A model generated the notes under the pieces. The model ran no database searches, had not been told where the DNA came from, and worked only from the letters and a program-made list of their open reading frames with translations. Position numbers and translations under genes: made by a program. From Salinispira sp. (GTDB lineage: Bacteria; Spirochaetota; Spirochaetia; DSM-27196; Salinispiraceae), in NCBI GenBank assembly GCA_965602015.1, contig OZ271918.1:1856001-1920000 (forward strand): 64,000 bases of DNA, read 5' to 3'. Below, one piece after another: positions 18,581 to 28,904 of this stretch (positions are counted from its first letter, which is position 1; every line of letters begins with the position of its first letter).

Positions 18581-19963
18581 TTACTCCAGGACGAGGCGGG
18601 CGTAGCGCTTTTTCCCGGCCTTAAGCACGATGCCGTTTTCCGTCATATCGGCTTTTCCAACCAGATGATCCGGGCTATCAATTTTGACATCGTTGACCCG
18701 TGCCCCGCCCTGCTGGACAAGGCGGCGGGCTTCCCCGTTTGAGCTGCAGAGACCGGCGATTTTAAACAGTTCAAGTACGCCTATCCCCTGCTGCAAAACC
18801 TCAGCGCTGATAGTAGCCGTCGGCATGGAATCAATACTGGCAGAACCGGCGCCGTAGGAAAACGCTGAGCGAACAGACTCCAGCACACTGTCTGCGGTCT
18901 CCTTTCCATGAACCAGGGCAGTGAACTCATAAGCCAATCGCTCTTTGGCCTGGTTGATTTTCTGGTCCTTCCATTCTGCCATCTCGTTGATTTCATCCAT
19001 GGGCAAAAATGTGAACAGTTTCAGGAAGGAAATCACGTCGGCATCGGCTACGTTTCTCCAGTACTGAAAGAAATCAAAGGGAGTGAACATCTCGGCGTCA
19101 AGAAATACCGCACCTTTTTCGGTCTTGCCCATTTTCTTCCCGTCGGAGCGGGTTACCAGGGGAAAGGTCAGGGCGTAGCTTTCCGCCTCGGATCCCTCCA
19201 CCCGGCGAATCAGGTCGATTCCCGACACGATATTACCCCACTGATCGTCGCCGCCGATTTGCAGCTGACAATTGTGCTTTCTGTAGAGTTCGAGGAAATC
19301 AAAGCTCTGCAGCAGCTGATAATTGAATTCAATAAAAGAAAGTCCGGTTTCCATTCGCATTTTGTACGCTTCGAAGCTGAGCATGCGGTTTACCGAGAAA
19401 TGCCGGCCGATGTCCCGAAGGAAATCAATGTAGTTCAGGTTGGCAAGCCAGTCGGCATTGTTGACGAATTGCACGTCTTCGGTAACGCCCGCCCGGGCAA
19501 AAAACGAACTGAGCTGCTTTTCAAAGCGTTTGCCGTTAGCCTCGATGTCATCGCTGCTTATCATCTTGCGCATTTCGGTTTTGCCGCTCGGGTCTCCGAC
19601 CATCGCCGTGCCTCCGCCTATAAGAACCGTCGGACGGTGACCTGCACGGGCGAGATGGGCAACGGCGAACATGGGAACCATATGGCCGGCATGCAGACTC
19701 GGCCCGGTAGGATCGGTCCCCACATAGAGGGTCACGGGTCCCTGGCTCATCCGTTTTTCCAGCCCTTCGAGGTCTGAGCACTGCTTGAGAAAACCCCGTT
19801 CGGCCAAAACCTTGAGGGCTTCGTTATGTACCCTTTTATCAGAAATATGCGTTCCCGGAGCGGTCCAATCTCCGTCAGAGGAGGGAGCCGCGGCCTGTGA
19901 GCCGGTCTCGGAAATGCCTGCGCTGGAGACTTCCGGGGGGCCTGAAGGTCCCCCGGCGGCCAT
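18581..19963 (-). CDS. tyrS: Tyrosyl-tRNA synthetase
   Basis: GTDPTGPSLHAGH, QIGGDDQWGNI, KMGKT, C-terminal S4 domain; start uncertain. Confidence 0.95.
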   Translation of the reverse strand: MAAGGPSGPPEVSSAGISETGSQAAAPSSDGDWTAPGTHISDKRVHNEALKVLAERGFLKQCSDLEGLEKRMSQGPVTLYVGTDPTGPSLHAGHMVPMFAVAHLARAGHRPTVLIGGGTAMVGDPSGKTEMRKMISSDDIEANGKRFEKQLSSFFARAGVTEDVQFVNNADWLANLNYIDFLRDIGRHFSVNRMLSFEAYKMRMETGLSFIEFNYQLLQSFDFLELYRKHNCQLQIGGDDQWGNIVSGIDLIRRVEGSEAESYALTFPLVTRSDGKKMGKTEKGAVFLDAEMFTPFDFFQYWRNVADADVISFLKLFTFLPMDEINEMAEWKDQKINQAKERLAYEFTALVHGKETADSVLESVRSAFSYGAGSASIDSMPTATISAEVLQQGIGVLELFKIAGLCSSNGEARRLVQQGGARVNDVKIDSPDHLVGKADMTENGIVLKAGKKRYARLVLE

Positions 19964-20072
19964 TTTGAGTCGTTTTTTTGATTGCATCATGCGTTGTACC
20001 TGTAGGTTTACCTTTTGCGGATTCCCTGAAAGCATTCCGCGGCCGCCGGAATAAGCGGCCTGCGGTATGGGG

Positions 20073-21404
20073 CTAAACCCGCTTGTATTCTTTGACGGCC
20101 TTCCTAATAAAGGCCGACAATTCGCTCACCGGTACCCTGACCTGCTCCATACTGTCCCGGTAGCGCAGGGTCACGGTGTTATCTTCCTTGCTGTCGTAAT
20201 CGACGGTCACGCAAAACGGCGTGCCGATTTCATCCTGACGGCGATACCGGCGGCCGATGGCACCGGATTGATCGTAGAAGGTAGAGAAATCCTCTCGCAG
20301 TTCCTTCTCGATGCTCCGGGCCAGTTCGGCAAGACCATCCTTTTTTACCAAGGGAAAAACGCCGACGGTAACCGGCGCGAGATCGGGGTGGAAGCGCAGA
20401 ACGGTTCGCACATCTCCTTCGGAGACCTCTTCTTCCTCATACGCGTCCGCCAAAACCATAAGAAGAGATCGACTGAGCCCCGCACTTGTTTCGATAATGT
20501 AGGGAACAAAGCGCTCCCGGGTCTGATCATCGAGGTAGCTCATATCCTTGCCGGAAAACTCCGCATGGCGCTTCAAGTCAAAATCTGTGCGGTTGTGTAT
20601 ACCCTCCAGTTCCTGCCAGCCGAAAGGAAACTCGTATTCGATATCGAATGCGGCCTTGGCGTAGTGGGCCAGTTCGTCAGGTCCGTGCTCGGCAAAGCGC
20701 AGCTTGTCCATCCGGATACCGATTTTTTCGTAATAGGCCATACGGGCTGCTTTCCAGGTTTCGAAAACCTGGTCGTCTTCTTCGGGATTGATAAAATACT
20801 GCATTTCCATCTGCTCGAATTCACAGGTTCGGAAAATAAAATTCTTGGTGACGATTTCGTTCCGGAAGGCCTTGCCGACCTGGGCGATACCGAAAGGAAT
20901 CTTGACGCGACCGGACTGCAGCACGTTCTTATAATTTACGTAAATGCCCTGGGCGGTCTCGGGACGCAGGTACACAGTAGTGCCCCCTTCGTCGGTGGGG
21001 CCCATGGTGGTTTTGAACATAAGATTGAACTGACGGGGTTCGGTAAAACTCTCCTTGGCGCCACAGTTCGGGCATGCCTTGGCCAAATCGATGTGGTCAG
21101 CCCGAAACCGCGCCTTGCAGTTTTTACAGTCGACCATGGGATCGTGAAAATTTTCCACATGACCCGAAGCTTCCCACACCCGGGGGTGCATAAGTATGGA
21201 TGCGTCGATCCCCACAATGTTGTCGTGAAGCTGGGTCATTTCCTTCCACCAGCGCTTTTGAATGTTGTTTTTGAGTTCTATTCCAAGGGGACCGTAGTCC
21301 CAGGCCGATGAAAGACCGCCGTAGATTTCCGAGCTTTGAAATACAAAGCCCCGCCTTTTGGACAGAGATACTATTTTTTCAAGGGTCACGTCATTTTTTG
21401 CCAT
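20073..21404 (-). CDS. glyQS: Glycyl-tRNA synthetase (homodimeric alpha2 type)
   Basis: SSEIYGG, LRPETAQG, FRNEI, EFEQME, IGRRYRRQDEIGTP. Confidence 0.96.
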   Translation of the reverse strand: MAKNDVTLEKIVSLSKRRGFVFQSSEIYGGLSSAWDYGPLGIELKNNIQKRWWKEMTQLHDNIVGIDASILMHPRVWEASGHVENFHDPMVDCKNCKARFRADHIDLAKACPNCGAKESFTEPRQFNLMFKTTMGPTDEGGTTVYLRPETAQGIYVNYKNVLQSGRVKIPFGIAQVGKAFRNEIVTKNFIFRTCEFEQMEMQYFINPEEDDQVFETWKAARMAYYEKIGIRMDKLRFAEHGPDELAHYAKAAFDIEYEFPFGWQELEGIHNRTDFDLKRHAEFSGKDMSYLDDQTRERFVPYIIETSAGLSRSLLMVLADAYEEEEVSEGDVRTVLRFHPDLAPVTVGVFPLVKKDGLAELARSIEKELREDFSTFYDQSGAIGRRYRRQDEIGTPFCVTVDYDSKEDNTVTLRYRDSMEQVRVPVSELSAFIRKAVKEYKRV

Positions 21405-21479
21405 TGCTAAACTCCTGAGTAGTTGGGCCGGAATATTCCAGCATGGTAAACTCCGGCGGCTGCCGGATTTATACGGTGA

Positions 21480-22958
21480 TTAATCCTGAAGCAACTCGAT
21501 AGCCGCAGTAAGACGCCGCAGGGCGGTCTCCCGGCCCATCAGGCGAATAGAATCCGAGAGCGGCGGACTGGCCTTGCTTCCGGTTATCGCCATGCGAAGG
21601 GGCATCATGACCTTCCCCATGCCGGTCGAAAAGGCCTCGGCCATCCGCTCAAAATAAGCATGGAAGGCCTGTTCATCGAGATTCGCTATTTTATCGAAAT
21701 CATCCCGGATTGCTTTAAGAATATCAAGGGTTTGAGAGGGTTCCTGTTTTTTTTGTACCAGATCTTCGGGTCCCGAAAGGGTCACTTCGGAGAAGAGAAA
21801 GCCCACCACCGATGAGATATCGGACAAGAGCCTCATCCTTTCCTTTGCAAGGGGCATGACCTGGAGCAAAAGTCCGCTCTTGTCACCGGGAGCGTCAATT
21901 TCAGAGCTGTCCATCAGTCCATCGGCGATGAGAAACGGTTTGCACAGTTCAACAAGGCGGGCATCGTCCGCCCTGGCGATATACTGTCCGTTATACCATT
22001 GGAGCTTTTTGTAATCGAAGATTCCCGGAGCCTTGTTGATCTTGCCGTCGGCAAAAACCCGCTCGAAATCCTCCTTGCTGAAGAATTCCGTCGTTTCATC
22101 GTAACCCCAGCCAAGCATGGTTACATAGTTCATCAATGCTTCGGGCAGGTACCCGTCTTTTCTGAACTCAATGACGCTGGTGGAGCCGTGACGTTTTGAG
22201 AGTTTCGAGCCGTCCTTTCCCATGACCATAGGCAGATGGACGAACTTGGGCACCTCCCAGCCAAATGCCTCATAGAGGAGCACATGAAGGGCAGCGGAGC
22301 TGACCCATTCCTGTGCCCGCAGCACGTGACTAATTTCCATAAGGTGATCGTCGATCACCACTGCCAAATGATATGTTGGAAAACCGTCTCTTTTTAAGAG
22401 GACAGGATCGGGATTGATATCAACGTGCTTACGCCGGGTAGAACCGAGTATTTCATCGGCGACCACTGTTTCTCCCTCCAAGGGCACTGCGAAGCGCACA
22501 ACGAAGGGCTCGCCGGCGGCTTCTTTTTCGGCCCTCTCGGCCTCAGTCAAGTTCCGGCACTTTCTGTCATAACCCTGATGGCTGTCTTTAGATTTTGCCT
22601 GTTCTTCCCGGAGGGCTGCCAGACGCTCTTCTGTACAGAAACATTTGTAGGCCTTGCCCTCGTCGATGAGCTGCCGGGCAAACTTTCGGTACAAATCCAC
22701 CCGCTCGCTTTGGATATAGGGGCCGTAGCTGCCCCCCACGTCGGGACCTTCATCCCAATGGATGCCAAGCCATTCGTAGGTATCGTAAATATCCTGGAGG
22801 GCCCGTTCGTCAAAGCGATTTTGATCGGTATCTTCGATGCGGAGAATGAATTTCCCGCCCCTGCTTTTAGCCAGGAAATAATCAAATAGAGCCGTTCTCA
22901 GACTCCCAATGTGCTGCAACCCCGTTGGACTCGGGGCATAGCGGACTCGGACGCTCAT
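21480..22958 (-). CDS. gltX: Glutamyl-tRNA synthetase
   Basis: RYAPSPTGLQHIG, RIEDTD, KLSKR. Confidence 0.96.
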   Translation of the reverse strand: MSVRVRYAPSPTGLQHIGSLRTALFDYFLAKSRGGKFILRIEDTDQNRFDERALQDIYDTYEWLGIHWDEGPDVGGSYGPYIQSERVDLYRKFARQLIDEGKAYKCFCTEERLAALREEQAKSKDSHQGYDRKCRNLTEAERAEKEAAGEPFVVRFAVPLEGETVVADEILGSTRRKHVDINPDPVLLKRDGFPTYHLAVVIDDHLMEISHVLRAQEWVSSAALHVLLYEAFGWEVPKFVHLPMVMGKDGSKLSKRHGSTSVIEFRKDGYLPEALMNYVTMLGWGYDETTEFFSKEDFERVFADGKINKAPGIFDYKKLQWYNGQYIARADDARLVELCKPFLIADGLMDSSEIDAPGDKSGLLLQVMPLAKERMRLLSDISSVVGFLFSEVTLSGPEDLVQKKQEPSQTLDILKAIRDDFDKIANLDEQAFHAYFERMAEAFSTGMGKVMMPLRMAITGSKASPPLSDSIRLMGRETALRRLTAAIELLQD

Positions 22959-23029
22959 TGAGTGCTCCGTTTACGTGGGTTATCCCGCCGCAGGCAGGAC
23001 ATCGCTCTGACTCAGAGCAATAGGCGGCC

Positions 23030-23058
23030 ATTATACGCAGCGGGGAATTCGCGGTCAA
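23030..23058 (-). promoter_or_regulatory. Sigma-70 promoter of gltX
   Basis: Minus strand TTGACC-17 nt-TATAAT. Confidence 0.8.
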
Positions 23059-23170
23059 GGACAGCTGGTTTTTCTGCCCTCGTAGACCGGCGAGCTGTCG
23101 CGCCGCCAAAAGGTCTGTCCGGCGGATATGCGGGGCGGAAAACCGTCGAGAACTCGGATCGGCGAACTGG

Positions 23171-23743
23171 CTAGAGATTCAGTGATTCCCAGTCCCGGCG
23201 AAAAAGTGCCATCTGGATAATGTCGTGATACTCGCCGTGTCGGTAAATGTCCTGCTGTAACACGCCTTCCCGGGAGAAGCCCAGTTTTTCATAGACCCTG
23301 ATCGCCCGGGGATTAAAGGAGTACACTTCGAGCTTGATTTTGTTGAGGTTCATTTCCCAAAAACCGAAGTTAAGGAGCAGCTTCATGGCTTCACTTCCGA
23401 AACCCTGTCCGGTAAAGCGCTCTCCGAGAAATATCCCCAGTTTACCGTGGCGGCTTTTCCAGTCAACGCCGACGAACCCGCACCCCCCCATATAATCTCC
23501 GGTTTTGGGGTTTTCGATGGCAAAGGAATAACTTTCGGGGTTCATGGCGCTTTGCCGGTCCACGAAACCTTCCTCGTCCTTCCGGGTGAACAGCATGGCC
23601 ACCCCGGGCATGAGAAACTGTTTTACCGATTCATCGTTTATTAACCCGAGAATGGCATCGATGTCGCTGCGGTCATAGGGTCGCAGGCGCACGGTTTCAC
23701 TTGAAAACCGCAGTTTCCGCCTGTGGTCAATATTTTCGTTCAT
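23171..23743 (-). CDS. GNAT acetyltransferase (RimJ/SpeG-like)
   Basis: GQGFGSEA, NPRAIRVYEKLGFSREG. Confidence 0.88.
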   Translation of the reverse strand: MNENIDHRRKLRFSSETVRLRPYDRSDIDAILGLINDESVKQFLMPGVAMLFTRKDEEGFVDRQSAMNPESYSFAIENPKTGDYMGGCGFVGVDWKSRHGKLGIFLGERFTGQGFGSEAMKLLLNFGFWEMNLNKIKLEVYSFNPRAIRVYEKLGFSREGVLQQDIYRHGEYHDIIQMALFRRDWESLNL

Positions 23744-23761
23744 CGTGACAAACCCCCTGCG

Positions 23762-25069
23762 CTATTGCCGGTACCAGCTGAAAAAGTCGGCCATGTCTGC
23801 AATAACCTTTTTGAGAACATCTTTTTCCGGGAGGAAAACCAGACGGAAGTGATCCGGCCGGGGCCAGTTAAACCCGGTGCCCTGCACCAACAGGATCTTT
23901 TTTTCGATAAGGAGGTCGAGAATAAGCTTTTGGTCGTTGGAGATATTGAACTTATTCTGGTCAACCCTGGGGAACAGATAGAGAGCGCCTTTGGGCTTTA
24001 CGCAGCTGAGGCCGGGGATTTCATTGATCATCTGATAGGCGATGCTGCGCTGTTCCTCAAGCCGGCCGCCGGCGGCGGTCAAATCGGCGATGCTCTGGTA
24101 GCCCCCAAGGCTCGCCTGTACCGCATACTGGGCCGGCACATTCGCGCATAGTCTCATGGACGCGAGTATGTCGATGCCTTCCTGATAATCACGGGCCGAG
24201 TTGAGCCGGCCGCTGAACAGCATCCAGCCGCTGCGAAAGCCCGCCGCCCGGTAGCTTTTAGACAGACCGTTAAAGGTGACGCAGAGAATGTCTGTACAAA
24301 TAGAGCCCATGGCGATGTGCTCATGACCGTCATAGGTTATTTTGTCATAGATTTCGTCGGCAAACACGATGAGCTGATGCTCCGCGGCGATTTCATGAAT
24401 GGCTTCCAATACTTCCCGTGGGTAGACAGCGCCGGTGGGATTGTTCGGATTGATGACAACGATCGCCTTGGTGCGGGAGCTGACCTTCGAGCGAATATCG
24501 CGTATATCGGGATTCCATTCCGAGGATTCATCGCACATATAATGCACAGCCCGTCCGCCGGAGAGGTTTACCGCCGCGGTCCACAGAGGATAATCCGGCG
24601 AGGGAATAAGCACCTCATCCCCGTCGTTAACCAGGCCCTGCATGGCCATAACGATAAGTTCGCTCACTCCGTTGCCCAGGTAGATGTTTTCTAAATCTGC
24701 GTCGGGAATGCCCCGGGTCTGATAGTACTGCATAATGGCTTTGCGGGCGCTAAAAAGCCCCTTGCTCTCGATGTACCCCTGGGCATTTCTCAGATTATAT
24801 ATAACGTCGTGGATGAGCTCATCAGGGGCTTCGAAACCGAATGGGGCGGGGTTCCCGGTATTGAGCTGAATGATTTTGGTGCCCTCTTCCTCCATTCGCT
24901 TGGCCTCTTTGAGAACCGGTCCGCGGATGTCGTAGAGAACGTCGGCGAGCTTGCCGCTTTTCACATGAAGCCGCTGGCCCGCCTCGGGTTCGCTGGAGTA
25001 GAGCCTGGAGAGCTGCTGATCTAATACATCCTCCGAATTGGGGTTATTTTTTGCCGCTTCGTCACTCAT
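23762..25069 (-). CDS. alaA: PLP-dependent aminotransferase (AlaA-like)
   Basis: YDIRGPV, LNTGNPAPFGF, NPNNPTG, DEIYDK, GLSKSYRAAGFRSGW. Confidence 0.88.
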   Translation of the reverse strand: MSDEAAKNNPNSEDVLDQQLSRLYSSEPEAGQRLHVKSGKLADVLYDIRGPVLKEAKRMEEEGTKIIQLNTGNPAPFGFEAPDELIHDVIYNLRNAQGYIESKGLFSARKAIMQYYQTRGIPDADLENIYLGNGVSELIVMAMQGLVNDGDEVLIPSPDYPLWTAAVNLSGGRAVHYMCDESSEWNPDIRDIRSKVSSRTKAIVVINPNNPTGAVYPREVLEAIHEIAAEHQLIVFADEIYDKITYDGHEHIAMGSICTDILCVTFNGLSKSYRAAGFRSGWMLFSGRLNSARDYQEGIDILASMRLCANVPAQYAVQASLGGYQSIADLTAAGGRLEEQRSIAYQMINEIPGLSCVKPKGALYLFPRVDQNKFNISNDQKLILDLLIEKKILLVQGTGFNWPRPDHFRLVFLPEKDVLKKVIADMADFFSWYRQ

Positions 25070-25920
25070 GGTGATTCTTCCATCGGCTCAGCGCTGGCAA
25101 CCGCCGTGGATTGCCCTTCATAATCTTTAATCAGCCAGTCGCCCGCCTGCTGCAATACCGCGCTGAGAGTGAGGATATAGAGCCGGTCCTTGCGGGAATC
25201 AATTTTTTTTGCCCACAGGGCCGGGCTGTATTTCTTTTTTACCGCTGCTATTTGCCCGCGGTGTTTCTCTGCAGATTGGCTGTCCCCGACTACGGAAATC
25301 AGCATGTACAAACTGAGCACAAGCAGCAGATCATCACGGCTCTGCTCGGCAATGCGCCTGAGCACAGCGATTCCCTCTTCCTGGAATCCACTGCGCAGCC
25401 GGGCGAAGGCCCAATACCAGTCAATCCATCCGCCCAGTGAAATGCGGTTTTCATTGACCGCCGGTGCGAGAAATTCACCGAGGCCATTGTAATCCTCCCT
25501 GAGAAGGTAAGCGAGAGAGAAATTCAAGAGCTGTTTAGTGTGCAGCCTGGGCCGGATTTCCCGGACCAGTTCGCCCAGGCGCTGAATTTCATCCGGACGG
25601 TTAGACTGAACATACACGGTCAACAGTATCTGAACCGCCTGCTCTCCTACTTTTTTTTCCTCGAATACCCGGGTCTCCAAATAATCCCGAATATCGTCCC
25701 AATTCTGGGTTTCCAGTAGGGAGAAAAATTTCCAGTTTCTGATGAAGTACCAGTCCAGCCCCCCGAGAATTACCAGGAAGAGCAGCAATAAGTACCAGGA
25801 CCGCTGCCAAAACGGCGCCGCGTAATCCCAGCCGAGCATAAAAATGGGGAGCAGAGCTATGAACAGAAAGGAAAAGAGCACGATGGCGTTAAAAATGATA
25901 AAAATCAGCTTAAATTTCAT
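25066..25920 (-). CDS. Hypothetical membrane protein (2 TM plus helical repeats)
   Basis: MKFKLIFIIFN start after GGAG; two hydrophobic helices. Confidence 0.7.
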   Translation of the reverse strand: MKFKLIFIIFNAIVLFSFLFIALLPIFMLGWDYAAPFWQRSWYLLLLFLVILGGLDWYFIRNWKFFSLLETQNWDDIRDYLETRVFEEKKVGEQAVQILLTVYVQSNRPDEIQRLGELVREIRPRLHTKQLLNFSLAYLLREDYNGLGEFLAPAVNENRISLGGWIDWYWAFARLRSGFQEEGIAVLRRIAEQSRDDLLLVLSLYMLISVVGDSQSAEKHRGQIAAVKKKYSPALWAKKIDSRKDRLYILTLSAVLQQAGDWLIKDYEGQSTAVASAEPMEESP

Positions 25921-26030
25921 AGCTATTGCTCCTATAATATATTTAGGGAGTATAATTTTATTAGCTTTTTGATACAAGAGATATTACTTCCGGCCACCGC
26001 GGCCTGCAGGGCGGCGCCGAAAGGATTACG

Positions 26031-27203
26031 ATGAACGATTTTCTATTGAGCCAGATTGAGGAGGGAAAGTACTTCAATCTCGGAGCATTTCTGGATGAAA
26101 ACTACATCCTGCTCTCCCCCGAGACTCCCGTTAGCGAACCCTTGCTTGAGCGGCTAAAGCGATGGGATTACAACTACCTCTATTCCAATGGCGACATGAC
26201 CGACCGGCCGGGCAGCGCAACTTCTACCGCAAAGGGCGATGATGTCGAGGTAGCAAATCTCAACTCCCAGTTTAAAGAAAAGGAAGAGCTGGAGAGCGCG
26301 GAAAAAGAGTTTCGAAGCATGGTGGAGTATACCGAGAGAACGTTTACCCAATTCGTCACCCGGGGCGACCTTCCCCACGGCGCTATCTCCAAGAGGGTAA
26401 AGGAATTCGCCGAGGTCATACGCCAGTCCCGCCCCTATATGCTTCGCTACAATGAATTTGACAGCAACATTAACTACATCGTGGTTCAATCAGTCAAGAC
26501 AACCATAATCGGCATCATACTCGCCATGGAGTTAAAGCTCCCGCCCTTCAAGCTCATCGAGCTTGGAACCACCTGTCTTCTCCATGAAATCGGAATGATC
26601 AAGCTTCCCAGCCAGCTGTACATGACAGATAAAATCCTCAGTGAACAGGAGCGCCGAGCCATATCCGCCCATCCGGCGCTTGGATTCAAAATATTAAGAA
26701 ATCACGACTACCCCATGGCAATATGCCTTGGAGTCCTCGAGAGCCACGAGCATATAGACGGCAGCGGGTATCCCCGAAACCTCACGGGCGAACGAATCAG
26801 CATGTATGCCAAAATCGTCGCGGTGGCCTCGTCTTATGCGGCAATGAATTCCGACAGACCCTTCAGATTGGCGCTGGACGGACACCACGCGGTGCTCGAA
26901 CTCCTGAAGCACGGCCGAAGCCGCTACGATGAGCTCGTTCTCAAGGCTCTGATAAAGGCCTTTTCGGTGTACCCCATCGGCACCTTTGTGAATGTGCAAA
27001 ACGGAGCCCAGGGGATGGTCGTCCAAACCTTCCAGGAAAACCCCAAGACTCCCCATGTCAAGCTGCTCTTGGGACCAAACGGAGAACGATATCTGGAAAA
27101 CCCCATAGTCAATACAAACAACAACGACTACCGTATAATTTCCGTCCTTGCTCCAAGCAAGGCGAAAAAACTCCGGGAGGCCCTGCAGCTGGCCACATCC
27201 TGA
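26031..27203 (+). CDS. HD-GYP domain protein, degenerate (HE instead of HD)
   Basis: LLHEIGM, SHEHIDGSGYP, RPFR, YPIGTFV. Confidence 0.88.
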   Translation: MNDFLLSQIEEGKYFNLGAFLDENYILLSPETPVSEPLLERLKRWDYNYLYSNGDMTDRPGSATSTAKGDDVEVANLNSQFKEKEELESAEKEFRSMVEYTERTFTQFVTRGDLPHGAISKRVKEFAEVIRQSRPYMLRYNEFDSNINYIVVQSVKTTIIGIILAMELKLPPFKLIELGTTCLLHEIGMIKLPSQLYMTDKILSEQERRAISAHPALGFKILRNHDYPMAICLGVLESHEHIDGSGYPRNLTGERISMYAKIVAVASSYAAMNSDRPFRLALDGHHAVLELLKHGRSRYDELVLKALIKAFSVYPIGTFVNVQNGAQGMVVQTFQENPKTPHVKLLLGPNGERYLENPIVNTNNNDYRIISVLAPSKAKKLREALQLATS

Positions 27204-27221
27204 TCCGCCGCCCAGGAGGTT

Positions 27222-28904
27222 TTGATGGACATTCTCATCCACAGCCCCGACGGAAGACAGCATCAGCTAAAAAAGGGTATTTCCGGCGGTGAAGCCCTCG
27301 CCTCCCTGCCGATGTATAGCCATCTGTTTTCCGATCCTCCCCTCGGGGATACGCCGGTGGGCATCGTATTCGATAATGAAATCCGCTGCCTGACCGGACC
27401 GCTGATGAGCGACGGTACAATCGCCCCGATCCTGTTGAAGGATCCCGAGGGAGTGCGGATTTACCGGCGAACGCTCAATTTCCTCCTTGCCATGGCCTCG
27501 CTTCGATGCTTCCCGGACCGCCGTCTGATAATCGGACATTCCATCGGGGACAGCATGTTTTTCTCTTACCGGGGAAGCAATCAGGTGGAAGAACGCGATC
27601 TTCAGGAACTCCAGATAATCCTCGCGAAGCTCATCGAGGAAGGTCCGGCAATTGAGCAAAAGCTGGTCAAGCATCAGCAATTTGAGCAGTACTTTCAACG
27701 CAATTTCCGGGAGAACAGCCTGTTGCTTCTTCAGCATTACACCGATGCCATGATTAGCGCCTACCAATGTGCCGAGTATATGGACCTGGACTTCGGGCCC
27801 CTTCTTCCCTCGGCCTCATTGGCGAAGAACTATGAAATCCGGCGACACCGCGAGGGATTTGTCCTGGTTTACCCGCCTGGGGAAAATATCGAAGATAAGC
27901 CGCAGTTCGCGGATATCCGGGTGTTATCGAGAACCTACAGCGAATATCATCGATGGGCGGAAATTCTCGAAGTGGATACCGTCGGCAAGCTCAATTCACA
28001 GGTTGAAAAGAAACAGATCCGCGAATTTATCTGGGTGGCTGAAGCTCTTCAGAACCAGAAGCTGGCTGCCATTGCGCATCTCATCGCCGAACGCGATACA
28101 ATACCCAGGCTGGTGCTCATTGCCGGCCCCTCCTCCAGCGGAAAAACAACCTTCGCCAAGCGCTTAAACATTTATCTGCGGAGCCTGGGATTCAAACCCC
28201 TTACCCTTTCTCTGGATGATTATTTCGTCAGCCGCGACAGGACGCCTCTCGATGAGGAAGGAAACTACGATTTCGAGAGTCTGCATGCAATCGACGTCGA
28301 TCTGCTCAACAAACAGCTGGTAAACATCATAGCCGGCGAAGCGGTGGAGATTCCCAGTTTCAATTTCAAAACCGGGCGCAGCGAATACAAGGGAAGGACA
28401 TTGCAGCTTAGCCCCGACGGAGTGCTGATAATCGAAGGCATACACGGCTTAAACGATGCCCTCACACCCCTCATTCCCGAGGAGCAAAAATATAAAATTT
28501 ACATCTCCGCACTCACCCAAATCAACCTGGACGAGGCGAATCGCATCAGCACCACTGACAACCGCCTCATCCGCCGAATCGTCAGGGATTATCGATACCG
28601 GGGCTACTCCGCCGGGGAAACCCTGATGCGCTGGCCGTCGGTGAGACGGGGGGAAGAACGGAATATTTTCCCCTTCCAGGACCGGGCGGACAGCGCATTC
28701 AACTCCGCCCTGGATTATGAGCTCGCCGTGCTCAAACAACAGGCCGAATCGGTGCTCCGGCAAATCAAACCGGGGTCCGAACATTACGGGGAAGCCCGAA
28801 GGCTGATAAAGATCCTCCAGTCGTTTCTGCCGGTTCCCCGGGACTTTGTACCTGATAATTCCATTCTCCGGGAATTTGTGGGCGGAAGCGTTTTTCAGTA
28901 CTAA
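27222..28904 (+). CDS. Nucleoside (uridine) kinase family protein with ThrRS-like N-terminal domain
   Basis: IAGPSSSGKTT, SLDDYF, EGIHGLN, DNRLIRRIVRD, WPSVRRGE. Confidence 0.88.
   Translation: MMDILIHSPDGRQHQLKKGISGGEALASLPMYSHLFSDPPLGDTPVGIVFDNEIRCLTGPLMSDGTIAPILLKDPEGVRIYRRTLNFLLAMASLRCFPDRRLIIGHSIGDSMFFSYRGSNQVEERDLQELQIILAKLIEEGPAIEQKLVKHQQFEQYFQRNFRENSLLLLQHYTDAMISAYQCAEYMDLDFGPLLPSASLAKNYEIRRHREGFVLVYPPGENIEDKPQFADIRVLSRTYSEYHRWAEILEVDTVGKLNSQVEKKQIREFIWVAEALQNQKLAAIAHLIAERDTIPRLVLIAGPSSSGKTTFAKRLNIYLRSLGFKPLTLSLDDYFVSRDRTPLDEEGNYDFESLHAIDVDLLNKQLVNIIAGEAVEIPSFNFKTGRSEYKGRTLQLSPDGVLIIEGIHGLNDALTPLIPEEQKYKIYISALTQINLDEANRISTTDNRLIRRIVRDYRYRGYSAGETLMRWPSVRRGEERNIFPFQDRADSAFNSALDYELAVLKQQAESVLRQIKPGSEHYGEARRLIKILQSFLPVPRDFVPDNSILREFVGGSVFQY

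Noticed and set aside
19800..23030. T-box leaders for gltX, glyQS or tyrS
   Set aside because: No GGTGGNACCGCG T-box motif was seen, and the leaders are short.
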